Assembly (NCBI RefSeq): GCF_006345805.1
Contig: NC_043009.1
Span: forward strand, 69,564,001 to 69,628,000
Reading direction: 5' to 3'
DNA from: Octopus sinensis
Taxonomy: Eukaryota
Length of the DNA stretch: 64,000 nucleotides
Part shown: positions 38,331-53,927 of the stretch, piece after piece
Layout: the number at the start of each line of letters is the position of its first letter
Position numbering within the stretch: the stretch's first letter is position 1
Notes under the pieces: model-generated
Told to the model about the DNA's origin: nothing
Seen by the model: the letters and a program-made list of their open reading frames with translations, nothing else
Database searches by the model: none
Position numbers and translations under genes: made by a program

Positions 38331-41300
38331 CGTGTTTGTAAATGATATGTGTTCACGCGACGAGAAATAGAGTACTCGGTCCAAGTGTAAAGTGAAATAT
38401 TTATACAATATGATAGAGTAGATTAAATATAATACATCGTTCTTTCACTACTACTATCCAGTTTCTTATATATTTTAAAACTCACTCCTCCCTATGCAGG
38501 ACAGTGATTAATTATGTTTATATAGTTGTTTGGTATACAAATTATTTTATTTTCCTCAAATGTCATCTTGTGGCTCAGTAACATAACACTACAGAGTTTT
38601 TTGAGGATCCTGTTTATTTTTTTTTCCCAGAAAACGGTTTTCTTTATTTTTTGAAGATATGATACTTGACCTAGCGTTGTATTGTATTTAATGTACTATA
38701 CAATATCACACACATTTATGCACGCACACACATACACATACAAACGCACACATAAATATAAAAATCAAAATCGAAAAGGTACCGAAAGTTTGTATATATT
38801 TTGAAAATATATTATCAATTTAATGTTTACTCGTTGCAAGGTTCGACATACACAATCACCAGTATGTTGATTCAGGGGGTTTTCCTTGCCTATGATTGTC
38901 TTATATGCTGCAGTTCAGAATCACTCTTCTACATAGTGTTAGGCCAGTTTGACCAATATAATATTCTCTGCAGTCTTTGTATATCAAAATATATATTGAA
39001 TATTAGGAGCAACACGGAAAGTTACGTTTGAAATAGATTCTTCCTTGAAATGGAAATCGGAACTTTCTAATAGTTGCTTGCTTCAAAATTCGGTGAATAT
39101 ACTTCCTCACTTTTACATGCATAGTTTTCCAATGTAGCTTTGCTTGCATCAGTGTCGTTTTTAATTTCGCTTGTCTTTCAAAAGTTCTTTTCAGTGACCT
39201 TTTCATCTCCAGGTTTCGATGTAATATTGATAAGTTTTGATGAATGGTTGCAAAGACTTCACAGTTTTTGGAGTCAAAAGTATAACTTCCTTTTCACATT
39301 TCTCTTTTGCATTTCGAAGTACCTCAATATCAATTTGTTTCGCTCATTGAATTTCATTGTTGATTGAATTTAAGAAGTGCATTTCACTAAGTTGTTGGGA
39401 ATTTTAATGGCAATCAGCTGAAAGTATATGTCAGTTTATTTCTTTTTATTACTTATGTATCTAAAAAAGGAGTTTGTCATTTTCGTATTCCATAGCGAAT
39501 TAGATGAAAGAATTTTTTCTTGTTTACGATACATTGGCATTCATTTAACTATTAAAGATTTTCGCTCCATAACATATGAACCTGCACTGTCTTTAAAATG
39601 AGACAACTACACTGAAAGAAGAAAATTCCCTTGAATCAACATCCTGATTACCGTGGGGTGCAAACTCGAATTTCTTCTATAGCAGGGTAGCGATTCAACA
39701 ACAGAAGTGCCGCGAATAAATAAATAGAATTTATAAGCAAATATCGGCCATCAAAACTGAATGCCTTCTTCTGACCTCTTCCTTTACAGCGTCATTCGAC
39801 ATCGTTTACAAGAAGGGCTTCGAATATCCTAGTTCGAAAGCGATGTCTCTCAAGTGTCCCAGCTTATGTAACAGTGGCTGAAGAGTCAATACATAGAAAA
39901 GGATCAAGGGGTTTCTGGTAATTTCTGATCGATTAACCTTAACATCAATGGCTTCCAGGGCTACATTGTGATTACAAGATTCTACTCTAAAAAGAATTAA
40001 AAAAAATATCCCGTTTTATTTCTTTTTCTTTTTTTATGTTTCTCGTGAAAAACGCTGGTTATGATTTGAAGAAAACTGGACTGCTTTCTAGCAGGTCAAA
40101 TAACCACATAAAAACTTTCTGTTGTTGTTGTTGCTGTGTTTCAGTTTTAGGTAATCTCCGATCTTTAGCATCGCTGATAACACAATCGCGACCATTCCGC
40201 CTTCTTCATCGGACATGTTTATTGCTTAGAGGCTTTTTTCAGTAAAGTGTAAGCATACTGGATTTGTATGCACCAACCCCAGTTCTTATTTTACTCACTG
40301 GTACACATTTAATCGATTTGATAATGATAAAAAGTTGCACTCAGAACGAAATGAAAAAAAAATCTGTAAACGGAACGGAACTCGACGCAATAATCTTTCT
40401 ACCAACCACTGCTCCTTATCTGTGGTTGCATTAGCTAATGTGGCCCTTTTTATATTTAAGCTGTAATTTGAAGGGGATTTGGCTGTTTGTTTTCTAAATT
40501 ATCGAGCACCCAAGCAACATCACTCTCTCTTCGTCTCGTATTTCAAGGAATTTAATGTAGTTTCACGCCAAGTTTGCCCTGATCGACAAGCACTATGAGT
40601 CAAAGTATTCTTGTGGTCCCCATCTCATCTTCCTGTATGTAGGAAACCAATGAGAATATTATCCAATGTAATTTTTCTAAAGCGGAAGGCTAGCAGTGAG
40701 TTAAGTGAGATTTGACTTAGAGTTCCTAGCGCGTTAAGAGGCAACACGCACCCATCTTAGTTGGCTTGTATTTCAGAGAAGTAGAGTGACTTCAATATAA
40801 AACTTTGCAGAAAGAATAGCGCATCTATTAGTTACCGTAACTATCACCGAACCTCTCTGTTCCACAAACACCACCAACAATGGCAACAATGAAAATAGCA
40901 ACAGCACATTATTAGAGCTCGTACAACAAGCCTTACAACACCACCGTTCTTCGACACATGTGCAAAGGGGGTGGCATAGGGGCTGGTTCTGGTGAGTCGA
41001 TGCGATAAATTATCCATTCGACCATTATGATTTCCTCTGTGAATCGGTAAATCATAAGCAATAAAGATGAAAGAATTTCTTGAAGAAGTTACTGGAAGTT
41101 ACGACAAAGTAGTCTTTACTGAAATTACCATGATCTTGGTGGAGGAATAAAATAGAAAGAGACTAAAAAAAAAAAACGCGAGTGCGCGCACCCCACCCCC
41201 AAACGAACTCACACATGCACTCACACACACACACACACTCGCACGCACATACGAGATTACAAGTACATACAGCAGAAATTGGACTATAAAAAGCGACTGA

Positions 41301-41424
41301 GAGAGACAAAGAATAATTTTTTTGCGATCTATCTACAAGAAAAGAATCTTATTTTAACTCCCCTTTTCACGCTCATTTTCTTTATAATACACACACACAC
41401 ACATACATACATACACACACACAC

Positions 41425-41473
<49 letters not shown>

Positions 41474-41818
41474 TACTTATATATTCACGCACATACATAT
41501 GTTTATTAGATATTCTTAAACACTCACGTGTGTGTGCATATTTTTGCGTGTGTATATACATATATTTATACACACACACACACACACACACATATATACA
41601 TACATATACATATACGTACATACATGCATACTTGCATACACACATGCGTGTATACATATGTACATACATGGATACATATATATATATGAACGCAGTCGCA
41701 TGGCTGAAAGGTATAAAGGAATAAAAGAATCTATTTAAACACACATATATGAGTGAGTAGGAATATGTACATGCGTGTGTATATATATAAATGTATATAT
41801 ATAAATGTATATATATAA

Positions 41819-41890
<72 letters not shown>

Positions 41891-42156
41891 TATGCATACA
41901 TAAATATATACATATATACATATATATATATATTTATATATACATATATACATATACGCACATATGCATACATAAATACATATATACATACATATATATA
42001 TATATATATATACACACATATGCATACATAAATACATATATACATACATACATATATATATATACACACATATATGCACAAATACATACACTCACACACA
42101 CACACCTACACACATATATATGTTTGTAAATGTTTGAGAATATCTAAAATTCTTAC

Positions 42157-42247
42157 CTTCTGTATATTCGCGGGAATTCGGGAGAGGATATGTAGTTCTT
42201 CTGATCGGAAAAGCTTATTCGGTTATCGATATCCTTACACTGAGCCT
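42157..42247 (-). CDS. CUB-domain protein, exon C (first exon of the second CUB; 91 nt, phase 1-2)
   Basis: Acceptor TCATTTTGGCAG|, donor AAG|GTAAGA; encodes (E)AQCKDIDNRISFSDQKNYISSPEFPRIYR(S), carrying the CUB C..ISSPxFP motif. Confidence 0.9.
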
Positions 42248-42784
42248 CTGCCAAAATGAATGAGAAAATATCTTTGGATTACAGTCGATTCTGCGACATA
42301 AATTCTACATAAGAGACCATATTAAAAACTTGGCGGATAGAATAATGTTAAAGCTTCTATTCTTGTTCGTTCGCTTCGGTATTAACTGGTTCAGAATATT
42401 TGTGATTCGAAGTGGCTTAGCAACAAATATACAGAACCAACGAGAAAAAACGTAGTTGCTCCTCACGTCCCTGCTAGAAATGGCAGCGAAATATCTCTCA
42501 AACCATAGACTACTGTTCTGAAAAGAGAGGGCTATTTTGGATAACGTAGTCCTGGACACGCAATGTTCAAATATTGATTGGATAGTTGTAGATGGAATTC
42601 GAAAAACAACAACAACAACAGCAGCAGCAGCAGCAGTAACAACAACACCATAGTGAAAGTAATCTCCGCAGTTTCATCTGTTTGAGATGCTGAATCTAAT
42701 TCCTTTGTATGACAGACCCCTAAAAGAGGCTGTCAAAATTTCGGCTCTTGGCATGCAAATTATTTCCCTAAATACACTAAATAC

Positions 42785-43015
42785 CTATTTCTTTATTGCC
42801 CACAAGGGGCTAAACACAGAGGGGACAAACAAGGACAGACAAAGGGATTAAGACGATTACATCAACCCCAGTGCGAAACTGGTACTTTTTTTATAGACCC
42901 CGAAAGGATGAAAGGCAAAGTCGACCTCGGCGGAATTTGAACTCAGAACGTAACGACAGACTAATACCGCTAAGCATTTCGTCCGGCGCGCTAACGTTTC
43001 TAACAACTCGCCGCC
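42785..43015 (-). mobile_element. SINE family A
   Basis: Near-consensus reverse copy. Confidence 0.8.
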
Positions 43016-45779
43016 TTGTCAAATACACTAAATATATTTTAGAAACTAACTGAGCAGAATCTGTTCAGATCTATGTGGGTCAGTGTGCTTAGCGAATGAA
43101 TAGATAACCCAGCAACATGGTACAACCCTATATCTTGTACATCGTGTGTTCTGTAAGTCTTTGTATTCTTTTTATGGTTTTGTATATGAAATGCAGACTT
43201 CTTACTGACAATCACGTTGACCTCGAATGCATAATGAAATAATTGTTTAATACTTCTATGATTGCTTCTGAATTTAATGTAATTTTCCAATCTAGTAATA
43301 CTGCTAAATGCAGAAAACTTGAATAAGCATAAGCTGTTTGGGAGCTTTTATCGTTATAACTTTCCGATTAAAGAATGTATGCACTGGTCCGGGCAAAAGT
43401 TTGCGCGGAAGGCTGACAGTTGCCTGTGTCTGGACGTTTTTACTCACTGTTGGCTATCCACAGGAAAAACTGCCAACAGCCTGGCACCAATATTGTCACA
43501 GGTAATACTTTTAGAACACAAACAGCTGGAATAGATACTGCAGAGCCTCTGGCTCGAATATGTAATAGTTTCGTCAACCCGCTGCATCGTTTCCCAAAAC
43601 TGAATCGTTAAGTTGACCGCGACCGGATTTGAACCCAAATCATTGAGAGTCGGACCAAATCCTGCATCTATCCAATGGTCTAACGATTCTGTCAATTTGT
43701 TATCCTCCTTCATAACAATCCTTACAACTTATTAAAACTTGTATTTCCTTAATGAACTTTCTCTGGTTTATAAGATGGCGATTTGAATTTTATTATCGTA
43801 TCAGTTCTTCGTAACTTTTATCGCAGCACAATTCATTGGATAAAATACTAAACTACTAAAATAATTCAGTGTGCAAGTTATGACTACGTAAAGACAAACT
43901 TTGTCAGCTGAGTTTTATTCGTTATGGCTCAACACAGAGCGAACTAAGGTTAGAGCCTCGTCGTGATAAACTCGACCTGGAAGAGAGAGAGAGAGAGCAG
44001 GCAAACCTTCTTCAAATCATATCCAATATTGAATATAGTTTCCTTACATATAAGGAAAAAAAAAACGGGGTAGTTAAGGTTGGAATTGCTTTGTTGAAGG
44101 GCTGAGCCGGAACTAAACAAGAAAAACAACTCCGAACAGGGCACATTTTTATTCGTCGAGCTAATTGTTAAGATTAGTTTGTAAGCCTGAAGGTAATATT
44201 GCTTGAATCAGCCTGATGTCTCATTCGGTTGACTGATTTCTTTTTCATCCAGAAATAAGAAACAGACAATATCTGGAAACAGTTTAAACAATTTGAAAGA
44301 GAAAAAAACATTTCATTTTTAAAGTGAAAGCAAACGAAACAGCCAATTTATGTTGCTTATATATAATGTTGGTTATATCCAATTATTATTTATTTGTTTC
44401 AGACACTTTCTGTGTTTCACTTTTTTCTCACTCGAAAGAATGCTTTCAGTAGCTGCCCAGACTCAACAGACATTCAGATAGAGGCCCCCAGGAATATAAT
44501 CTGTATTATAGGTAAATGGGGGAATTAACAGAGTCGTTCGAGTGCTGGATGGAGCGATTTGTATTTATTCTAGGTTCAAACTCACCCAGCTTAACGTTGT
44601 CTTTCACCGTTGGAAATCTCCAGATAAAGGAGGTGTTCGAAGCAGTGGATCGGCGAAATTGTTAAAGTATTTGACGAAACAACTTACAATATCAGAGACA
44701 TTTCTTTCGTTTCGCTGAAATTCTTCTCATTATAGGCACCTCAGCAAAGGTGAGATCCTTGCAGCGGGATTGACGTCAGTGCCAATGTAAAATGCATTAA
44801 AAATGAAGGATACCTATAAAACAGCAGTAAATTCGCAAAACTAATGGAACAGGGGTACATACGAGCCTTATGAATCCGGATAAAAGCATCAGAATCCCTA
44901 TTTGTAATGTAGCACATGCTTTTATAACCACTCAACCTCTAGTAAACGCAATGGCGATGAGTCTGAATCTAATAGTGATGATGATGATAATGATATTGAA
45001 TATTTCTAATAAAAGCACAAGGACAATGATTTGGCGTCCTGAGTTAGTACTAAGGGTCCCTGGATTGATAAAAGGTAAGATGGACCTCAACGGGATTTGA
45101 ACTGAGAAATGGAAAGCGATGCTACTAACTACTTCATTTTTGTTCGGTAAATTAATGATTCAACAATCAATAACGACAACAACAGCAATAATACTACTAC
45201 TACTAATAAGAAATAATAATTAATTAAAGTCATTTGATTTAATTACGAAATAAAAGCGAAACAAATTACTGCTGTCGGATTATACACTTTAAAAAAAATC
45301 TTGATTAAAATCTATTTTTATCCTAGACGGCGCCACAGTGTTCATTAATAAAGAATGATTAATTCACAGATCCCCACGGGGGAAAACCAACGGTTAATGA
45401 ACATTATTTTGGTATAATTCATTATAATCCTTTGTTGCACCGCAACCTATCATAACGAGGCAACTATTATCATATTGATGATGACTGTTGTGATGACAAG
45501 CAAATATTATCTGCGGGAAAATCCATCAGACACAGTTTCGAATAACGCAGAAGCAGTCAGGGGACTTTCGAAACCACTTCACCGTATTTAGGCCTTTAAC
45601 GTACGTAACAATGATGCACGTGTATTGATTGGATTTGATGATTAAGGTATTGCACGTTTTTAAAGATGTCGCACGAACTTACACGTTGTGATATTCTGTG
45701 GTTTCGCCATACATGGACTACATCACACACACATATATACAAAACTTTATAATTAAGATATATACGTACATATTTACAC

Positions 45780-45960
45780 ACACACGTACGCACGCACACG
45801 CACGCACGCACACGCACGCACGCGCACTCACGCACGCACGCGCACGCACGCACGCACACGCACGCACGCACACGCACGCACACGCGCACGCACGCACACG
45901 CACGCACACGCGCACGCACGCACACGCACGCACGCACGCACACGCACGCACGCACACATA
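45780..45960. repeat. CpG-rich compound (CACG/CA/CG)n microsatellite
   Basis: Direct reading. Confidence 0.95.
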
Positions 45961-46664
45961 CGTAAATACATTCATATTTATGTGTATGTATACATATGAA
46001 TAATATACCACATATGTGATAAAGATTTGATAATGCGCGCCTCTCCTTCACCGTTTTCTATCTGTTTCTCTCTCTCTTTCTCCCTTTCTCTTTTTCTATC
46101 TCTCGTTGTTCACACGTGACCATCGTTCATCTTTCTTTTCCTTCAGGACTGTCCTAAGGACTGGACGTATCCCATCTCTCTCTTCTATCTTTTCTCTTTT
46201 CAAAGAAAATATTTCTCCAGCTATTTTACCCTCGTTCTGGTCTAACGGCCCTCCATGTTTGTTTGCGTTCGGTTTCCTTTATGTATCCACTGTCCTGTTT
46301 TTGTTCCCAACTTGGACCCTCCATAAATCTAAAATTTTATTTTGGTACTTATAGGAGCAACTGTCTTCGAAGGCTCATATTATCGTCCAATGCTCGAAAT
46401 GAGGAGTAGACAGACAGCCGACAACTGATGAAGGGTCGTTCTTTGTGTTACTTGTCCTATTTTCCATTTGTTTCTCTCATTGTTTGCGTAATGAATTCAT
46501 TTGTTTTCGTATTTCATGTTGTTTACTGTTGATGATATCCTGTACCCATATATGCATATTATGTATGTATATATATAATAAAAATATATTTGCATATATA
46601 AATTATATATGTATATATATATATATATTGTGTGTGTGGAATATGTGTGTGTATGCAAATATGT

Positions 46665-47035
46665 ACTCTTTTACTCGTTTCAGTTATTTGACTGCGGCCA
46701 TGCGGAAGCACTGCCTTTAGTCGAAGAAATCGACCCCTGGACTTATTCTTTGTAAGCCTAGTACTTATTCTATCTGTTTCTTTTGCCGAACCGCTAAGTT
46801 TCGGGGGCATAAATACACCAACATTGGTTGTCAAGAAATGATGAGGGGAAAAATACAGACACAACAAGCACACACACATACACACACACATGCATATATA
46901 TACAGGACGGGCTTCTTTCAGTTTCCGATTATCAAATCCACACACAAAGGTTTGGTCGACCCGAGGCTCTAGTAGAAGACACTCGCGCAGGATGCCATGC
47001 AGTGGGACTGAACCTGGAACCATGTGGTTGGGAAA
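46665..47035 (-). mobile_element. tRNA-derived SINE family B (bipartite, internal CA/TA tract)
   Basis: Homologous to 48625-49020 and 53675-54085. Confidence 0.75.
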
Positions 47036-47890
47036 CCTTAATTATAAAGCTTTTATGTGTGTGATGCAGCACAATCCATATATGCAGAAACCACTGAAAT
47101 CAGAACGTCGGGAGGGATGTAAATCAACAGACTTAATTAATTATTAATGCATATATATTATGAAATATAGGCACATTTCATTCTATATATTACGGATTCA
47201 TTGTTTACTTTTTATATTATATGAAATCAAATATCTTTCTACATTAATGTATGGAATATCTATGTTGTTAATAAGAGGCCAGTCATAGTTGGTGGGTAGG
47301 CTTATCATACATGTCCACGCTAGAACCAGGTCATTTTTACTGAGACGGCGAGCTTCAAAACATACAAACCGCGAAATCGTGATTTCAATTCCCAGCAAAG
47401 CACTTTATTTCGTGCTGCACCAGCCCACTCAGCGGTAAACGGGTAATGCTGCCCCTGCATCGTTAAAATAAACATCGGACGTACTAAACCCTTAAAGGCA
47501 GTGCCCCATCATGGAAGAACTGTATGCCTTTTTCGGTCACCGGAGCTACGGTTTTTCTCCATGTAGACTTAATAGTAAACTTTGTAAATGACTTTGTTTA
47601 GCAGGAGTTTCAGTCTGTTTGTAGTGGAAGAGTCAACTTTTTCCGAGAGATTAGCTTAATGACTGTTTTTTTTTCTGTATACAGTATTTGAAGGAGCAAT
47701 TTTCGGTAAACATAGTGGATATGAGTCATACCTTAGGCGAAGTTTTTTGGAATTGGTGGAGCACTTGACAAAAGGCTTTCTACCCTCTACATTCTGAGTC
47801 CAAATTATGCTGAGCCTCAATTTATCGTACAATCCTCCAGTAATACAAAATATCCAACGCTTACGATCACACACACACATGAACACTTAC

Positions 47891-48043
47891 CTTTTTTCTC
47901 TGAATAGAATGTCGCCAGCAACGCGTTGCTTCTGTTTGATTTCTTTAGTTGAAGCACTACATACACACTCCAGCTCGAAGATACAAACGTCAGAGTCTGA
48001 TTGCCACATTTTTTGCCCAAAAGTTTTGCATTAGTAGTTGCTC
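47891..48043 (-). CDS. CUB-domain protein, exon B (third exon of the first CUB; 153 nt, phase 1-1)
   Basis: Acceptor AAACTTACAG|, donor AAG|GTAAGT; encodes (G)ATTNAKLLGKKCGNQTLTFVSSSWSVYVVLQLKKSNRSNALLATFYSEKK. Confidence 0.9.
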
Positions 48044-48624
48044 CTGTAAGTTTGTAAAAGAAGAAAAATAAATAAAAATGGTATCAAAAAGGAATAAATG
48101 ATGCGTGCAAATATTACCAACAAATAATATTAAAAAGAATTATTTTATTAACGACTTCAGCTGTAATATTTTCCTTCTCTTGTACTATTTTCAGGTTCAC
48201 TTAATTAAGAATATTATCATTTTTCTCCAATCATTTTTTTCCTAATAGAACACTCCTTTTGTAGGCAACAGTTTTTATAGCGCAAAACATGATTAGTGAA
48301 CGAAATACAACTAAAAAAACACACACAAAAGATTTAAAAACGTGAAGTTATTTTCAAAATGTTTAATCTGGTAGCAAAATAGAAAATGTTGCAATTCAAC
48401 AAGTTGTAAAAATATATAAAAATGTTTCGCAAAGCAGAAAGGGGTGGGGAATGCCAATGAAGCAGCAGCAGCAGAGAAATTAAATGGTTACAAGTAGGGG
48501 CCGACCAGTTTGGGGCAACGACGACCTGGTCCCGTTCCCATTCTCGGGGAACACCTTGATCACTCTTCGAATTTCTTCATCGATTTCGTGTTGGACGAGT
48601 TTTAAATGCTTCCGATGATACTCT

Positions 48625-49020
48625 TTTACTTGTTTCAGTCATGTGACTGCGGCCATGCTGGAGCACCGCCTTTAGTCGAGCAGATCGACACCAAGACTTA
48701 TTCTTTGTAAGCCTAGTACTTATTCTGTCGGACTCTTTTGCCGAACCGCTAAGTTACGGGGACGTAAACACACCAGCATCGGTTGTGAAGCGATGTTGGG
48801 GGGACAAACACAGACACGCAAACATATACACACACACATACAAATATATATACATATATACGACGGGCTTCTTTCAGTTTCCGTCTATCAAATCCACTCA
48901 CAAGGCTTTAATCGGCCCGAGGCAATATATTAGAAGACACTTGCCCCAGGTGCCACGCAGTGGGACTGAACTCATACCCATGTAGTTGGTAAGCAATCTA
49001 CTTACCACACAGCCATTCCT
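48625..49020 (-). mobile_element. SINE family B
   Basis: Minus-strand head GGAATGGCTGTGTGGTAAG..GTTCAGTCCC (A/B-box-like). Confidence 0.8.
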
Positions 49021-49149
49021 ACGATGGTAATTTTAAAAATATATAACGATGTGTTCGCCACCTTTTTTAATCCCGACCTCACTTTTCATTTTACAATGTG
49101 TAATATATTGTGGATGTGAGGGGAGCGGGATATTGCCATATTTTTTTTT

Positions 49150-49900
49150 CTGTTACGATCATTTGAAACATTTAAGTCTTTGACGATGAAGAAATTTTAA
49201 ATCTGCTTCGCCTTCTCAAAATTTTGCCTATTTCGGTGTGGATTAGTTCCGAGGTGTGGAAGCAACTGTGCTAATGCGTTCCTTGTTTCTGTCGAGCGTC
49301 TGTCATTATGCCGGTACGCCATGGGAAAGGGAGTTGCCAGATCCAAAGTGCAAGGCTGATGGGGACCACTGACCAGCCCCAATTTCTTCATTTTTGATTA
49401 GTTCTTCAAGAAGTGAGTGATCATGCGTTGCCGTGGTAAATAAAAATCGTTTCCTGATCCTTGTCTTTTCTCTTTCTCTTAATGAATTTTCTAATTGTTT
49501 GACTGTGTAAATGAACCGTTCGCTTTTCAACGGTCAGCCAGGTTCCAAAACAGCAACAAGAATGCGTTCCTGTCATGTTTAAAAAAACAGTCGCAATGAC
49601 TTTCTGTGCGAATCGCTGATTCTTGAACTCTCTAAGCCCTGAAAAATGTGTCACCATTCCAGATGAGATGAGATTTCGTTTCTGGCACATAAAAATACGG
49701 CAACGTTGCATGATTTTCACATAATCGGAAAAACATGCTTTTATTGGTTTCAAACACTTTCAGCACCATAGAGGAAATGTCCATTCTTCTGTCCCTCGAA
49801 TCAAGTGCCAACGCCGGAGGTACTCACTTTGTACACATTTTCCGATATTCAAAAACTCCCGCCATCTCCTGTAATGTATTCTAACCACAGTGTAGTTGTG
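49150..49900 (-). mobile_element. Degenerate mariner transposase remnant
   Basis: FKNQRFAQKVIATVF and a flanking HGNA motif resemble mariner KVMATVFW and HDNA; multiple frameshifts. Confidence 0.6.
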
Positions 49901-50784
49901 CAGCAAGTTTAAAGCATGTGACTCGTATGTCCTCGCGGGCCATTTCGACTTTTCCTCTGGCAGTTCATGTCAGTGGTCGCATTCGATGGTCTAGCACAGT
50001 ATGGACTTTCTACAACACTAGTTGCCACTTTTTAAAATTTCACGTGTCTTCTATGCACATTGCTCTCGCCACTGGTGTCGTTTCTGCAACCTGAAGACTT
50101 CCATACTTGCCAAACACTCCTCGTTGCACGCTTCCTCTTCAACGACGCCACAATGCTTGGGCTTCGAACCTATTATTTTCTGCAAAGAGGAATACAAAAA
50201 GTCAAACTATACCAACCTCTTGCAATTTGAATGACCTATGTTATACCCGGCTTTCCATTACTTTCGGAACACATATTGTGTGTATGTGTGAATAGGTATA
50301 TTTAGAGTTCAGTCCTCGAGTGATCATCTTCAAATTTGATCACTTTTCGCCCCTATAAATTTTTTACTTGACCAATTTTGATGCAATTTTAAGTATTAAA
50401 TTGCTCTCCAGTAGATCTCTTCAGAAAACTGGACTCTGAAATTTTAACGACGTTACTTTGCTTTAAAGACGCCATCAGGCATTACTGTAGTTCCGATTGA
50501 TCATTCGTTTTTTGCCTAAAATATATTTTGTCTACAGAACTAATTTTGATAAGTTTTACAGAAAGATTCCTCTCATTGAAAGTTTTCATTTAAGTTCGAC
50601 TAAAAGCTGTAATGAAGACATGAGGCAACTATACTTCTAGAAGATGCATCTATGCGTTACTCTCCCGTTTTTGGACACAATGATTATCATAGCTTTCTTT
50701 TTTAAGGAACAAATTTGGTCAATAATTGTATTGGCCAGAGTGCATAGAAGTGGTCGGGAACAAGTCTGTCTATCTATCTATCTA

Positions 50785-50851
<67 letters not shown>

Positions 50852-51818
50852 GCCTGTCTGTCTACATACATACGTGTGTGTGTAGGTTTAGATTTCATTA
50901 AAAAACACGATTGCGTTCCGGTTTTATCAATTTACTTTAGACTTTAGAATTTTTCTTTATTTTTACACCTAATTGAAAACAGTAAAATCTCCTGGATCCG
51001 ACGTTTCTTGTCCTTTAAATCATTATTTTCGATAATTAGCAACCATCGACATTTGTGTTGCTTCTTATCTCCTGGTCGAATTTAGGTGGAGATTTCTTGC
51101 TAGATGACTTTTGACCGTTAAGTCCATGGGTTAGTGATCACATGTTGATTTGTTTGTTGTGACCAAACACTCAGCCAAGCAACGTTAGAGGAATGACGAC
51201 ATAATTTGTCGATTCTGTGCTCCCGAATGGGGGGAAACTGCACAAAACATAAACGGTAAGAGGGGAAATGATAGCAATTTATGTGTAAGCTATAAAGGAG
51301 GCACAAAGAAAGGATTGCAAAATGGATTTGAGAGGTGTTTAATGTCTGCTTTCTTTTTACTAGAATTACGTTAATTTTTTTGCACTTAGAAAAAATATAT
51401 ATACATAAAAAAAAATTCAGTCGGTTTTGCCAGCAGCCCTCGTCAAATATATCTTTTTCTGAATTCATCTCATTCCTGTTTCCATTTACTGTTTGTATTA
51501 ATGGTGTATACATGAATATATGTACCATGCCTTGAGGGGCAAATATCGTTTTCTATAGACGCGAATCAACCGAGGCCACAGAAATAGTTTGTTTGTGAGT
51601 GAATTGAGTCGATGCAAACAGTAAGAAAGCCAATTGAGTAGATTGCAGTTGTGTATATGCATGTACGTATGTATACATACATGTGTGCGTGTCTTTGCTT
51701 GTATGTATGTGTGTGTAGGTGTTTATATATATATATATATTATATATATATATATATATTGATAAAACGGTAAGATAACAAAAGAAAGAAAGAGACCTCA
51801 ATATTATGTAAATAGAGG

Positions 51819-51870
<52 letters not shown>

Positions 51871-53674
51871 AAATCTTCATTTCCCTTCCCTCTTTCTAAG
51901 AGTATTTTCCTTCTATCTTCTATATTTCCGTATTTGCGGTTACTTTTCTTCCTCGAAAACAAGAGTAGATATTTCGGGCTTATTGTCTTAAAAATTCCTA
52001 GCAAGACTTTTATGGATTATTTATCAATATTTTCTTTACTTGGTGTAAGGATTCGATTTCTTTAAAATTTGTTTCAGAGGAAAGAAAAGAAAGGATGAAA
52101 AACGAAGAGAAAGCAGAAGAAAGAAAAAGAAATAATAGGAAAATATGCTGAAAGGGAGGGAGATGAAGAAGAAAAAGGGTTACAAAGAGGGTAGTGGGAA
52201 GGGCATTTTATGTATCTTTTCTTTCTTCTTGACTTGAATTGAATTGCATGTCTGCTGAGCTATTGCACGATTTGTAAGCAGTAAAGCAGGAAAATTGGGC
52301 AGTTTCTATGAAAATCACTGCCATTTTTCTGACAAAGAGAAGCAGGAGCTGCTGTCAGGATTGCAAAAAGATGAGGATTCATTCAGCTTAATGTCTGCCG
52401 CTGCGCCATGAGGAACAATGCGTAATCATCTACACACGCAGCAATGGTATATATATACACATAGAATGACGTATACGTAGAATGACATAAACACGCAGCA
52501 ATGATATATACACATATGTTCTGCTACTGACATACCATTCACAGCTGCAGTAAAATTCACATTCCACGGAAACATAAATACACGTGCACATTAAACTATC
52601 GCACATCATAAATATATACACTTATAGAACAAAATCAACACCTATATATACCCCAATATAAATGCAATATATACACATGTATATATTGCACGTAAATCTA
52701 GAGATGTTAAGCTAAAATGTTCAATGAATCTACACAAATATAAAGCAAACACGCAAAAATGAAACGCACCATTAGAAACTATACACTCTCCGTTTGCTTT
52801 CTTTCTCTCTCTCACACTTGTATATAAACTTTGCACACACATTGTGCGCATGGGTGTGTATTATGGTTAAGAAAAGTGTTTATATTCATTAAAATAATTA
52901 GCATTTTCCTGGCACTCATAAGAATTTCTTGAAGTTTCTGAAACGCCATTTCTGGGCCGGCGAACAGATTAACAAAATATCGTAAAACTTCATCAGCCAC
53001 TACTGGAAACAAATCTCCAACACTAAACATTGGATATCACTTTCGGCTCAGAAACCACTCCTGCCATTAACTTCAGCTACTTCGTCTCCAACATTCACTA
53101 AGCAGACCAACCCGGCGGCTTTGTTGTCTCTGCTTCGAACTACCGAACTGAAATCTACGTGTACAGAGATAAATTACTATCACAAGCAGCACTTCTTTCT
53201 CTAGACATATTAAATATAGCAAATTTGGCGAAAATTTCTTCAACGCGTTCTCTTTCCACTTGGATAGACCAAACATCATTTCTCCATGGGGATTCCTCAA
53301 CATTGTCAATCCTCACAACGACGTCCTTTCAGCCTTCAAATACTTCCTCCGTTTGAGTGTGTGCCTTCGTGTCTGTGTTTGTACCCCACCACTGCTTGAC
53401 ATCCGGTGAGTTTACATCCAGGGAACCTAGCGGTTCGTCAAAGAAGAAACAAAAAAAGGCGAACTTCAAACACTCGTCAGAAGCAAAACAGCTGAGACAT
53501 AAGCCACGTCTTTCTATTTGAAACTTTTGAAAATCAGTTTAAACTGTGAAATATGTTAATAACAAATATTTTAACTCTTCTCAGCGCAGTTTCAACTTGG
53601 GTTTTTCCTATATTTCTACCCGTGTGGAATAAAATAACTTTGTTTTATATATTTATATTCTTTCTTTCTTTATC

Positions 53675-53873
53675 CTTTTACTTGTTTCAGTCATGTGACT
53701 GCAGCTATGCTGGAGCACCGTCTTTAGTCGAACAAATCGACCCCAAGACATATTCTTCGTAAGCCTAGTACTTATTTATTCGGTCTCTTTTGCCGAACCG
53801 CTAGGTTACGAGGACGTAAACACCCCAACATCAGTTGTCAAGCGATGGTGGGGGACAAAACACACACACACAC

Positions 53874-53927
<54 letters not shown>

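Noticed and set aside
50960-51075. Minus-strand HKCRWLLIIE motif
   Set aside because: Short open frame with poor splice sites; likely a chance resemblance.
53160-53320. Minus-strand peptide NDVWSIQVERERVEEIFAKFAIFNMSRERSAACDSNLSLYT resembling a CUB middle exon
   Set aside because: It is bounded by in-frame stops, has a purine-rich acceptor and weak donor, lacks the CxW Cys, and exons A and B already join in frame without it.
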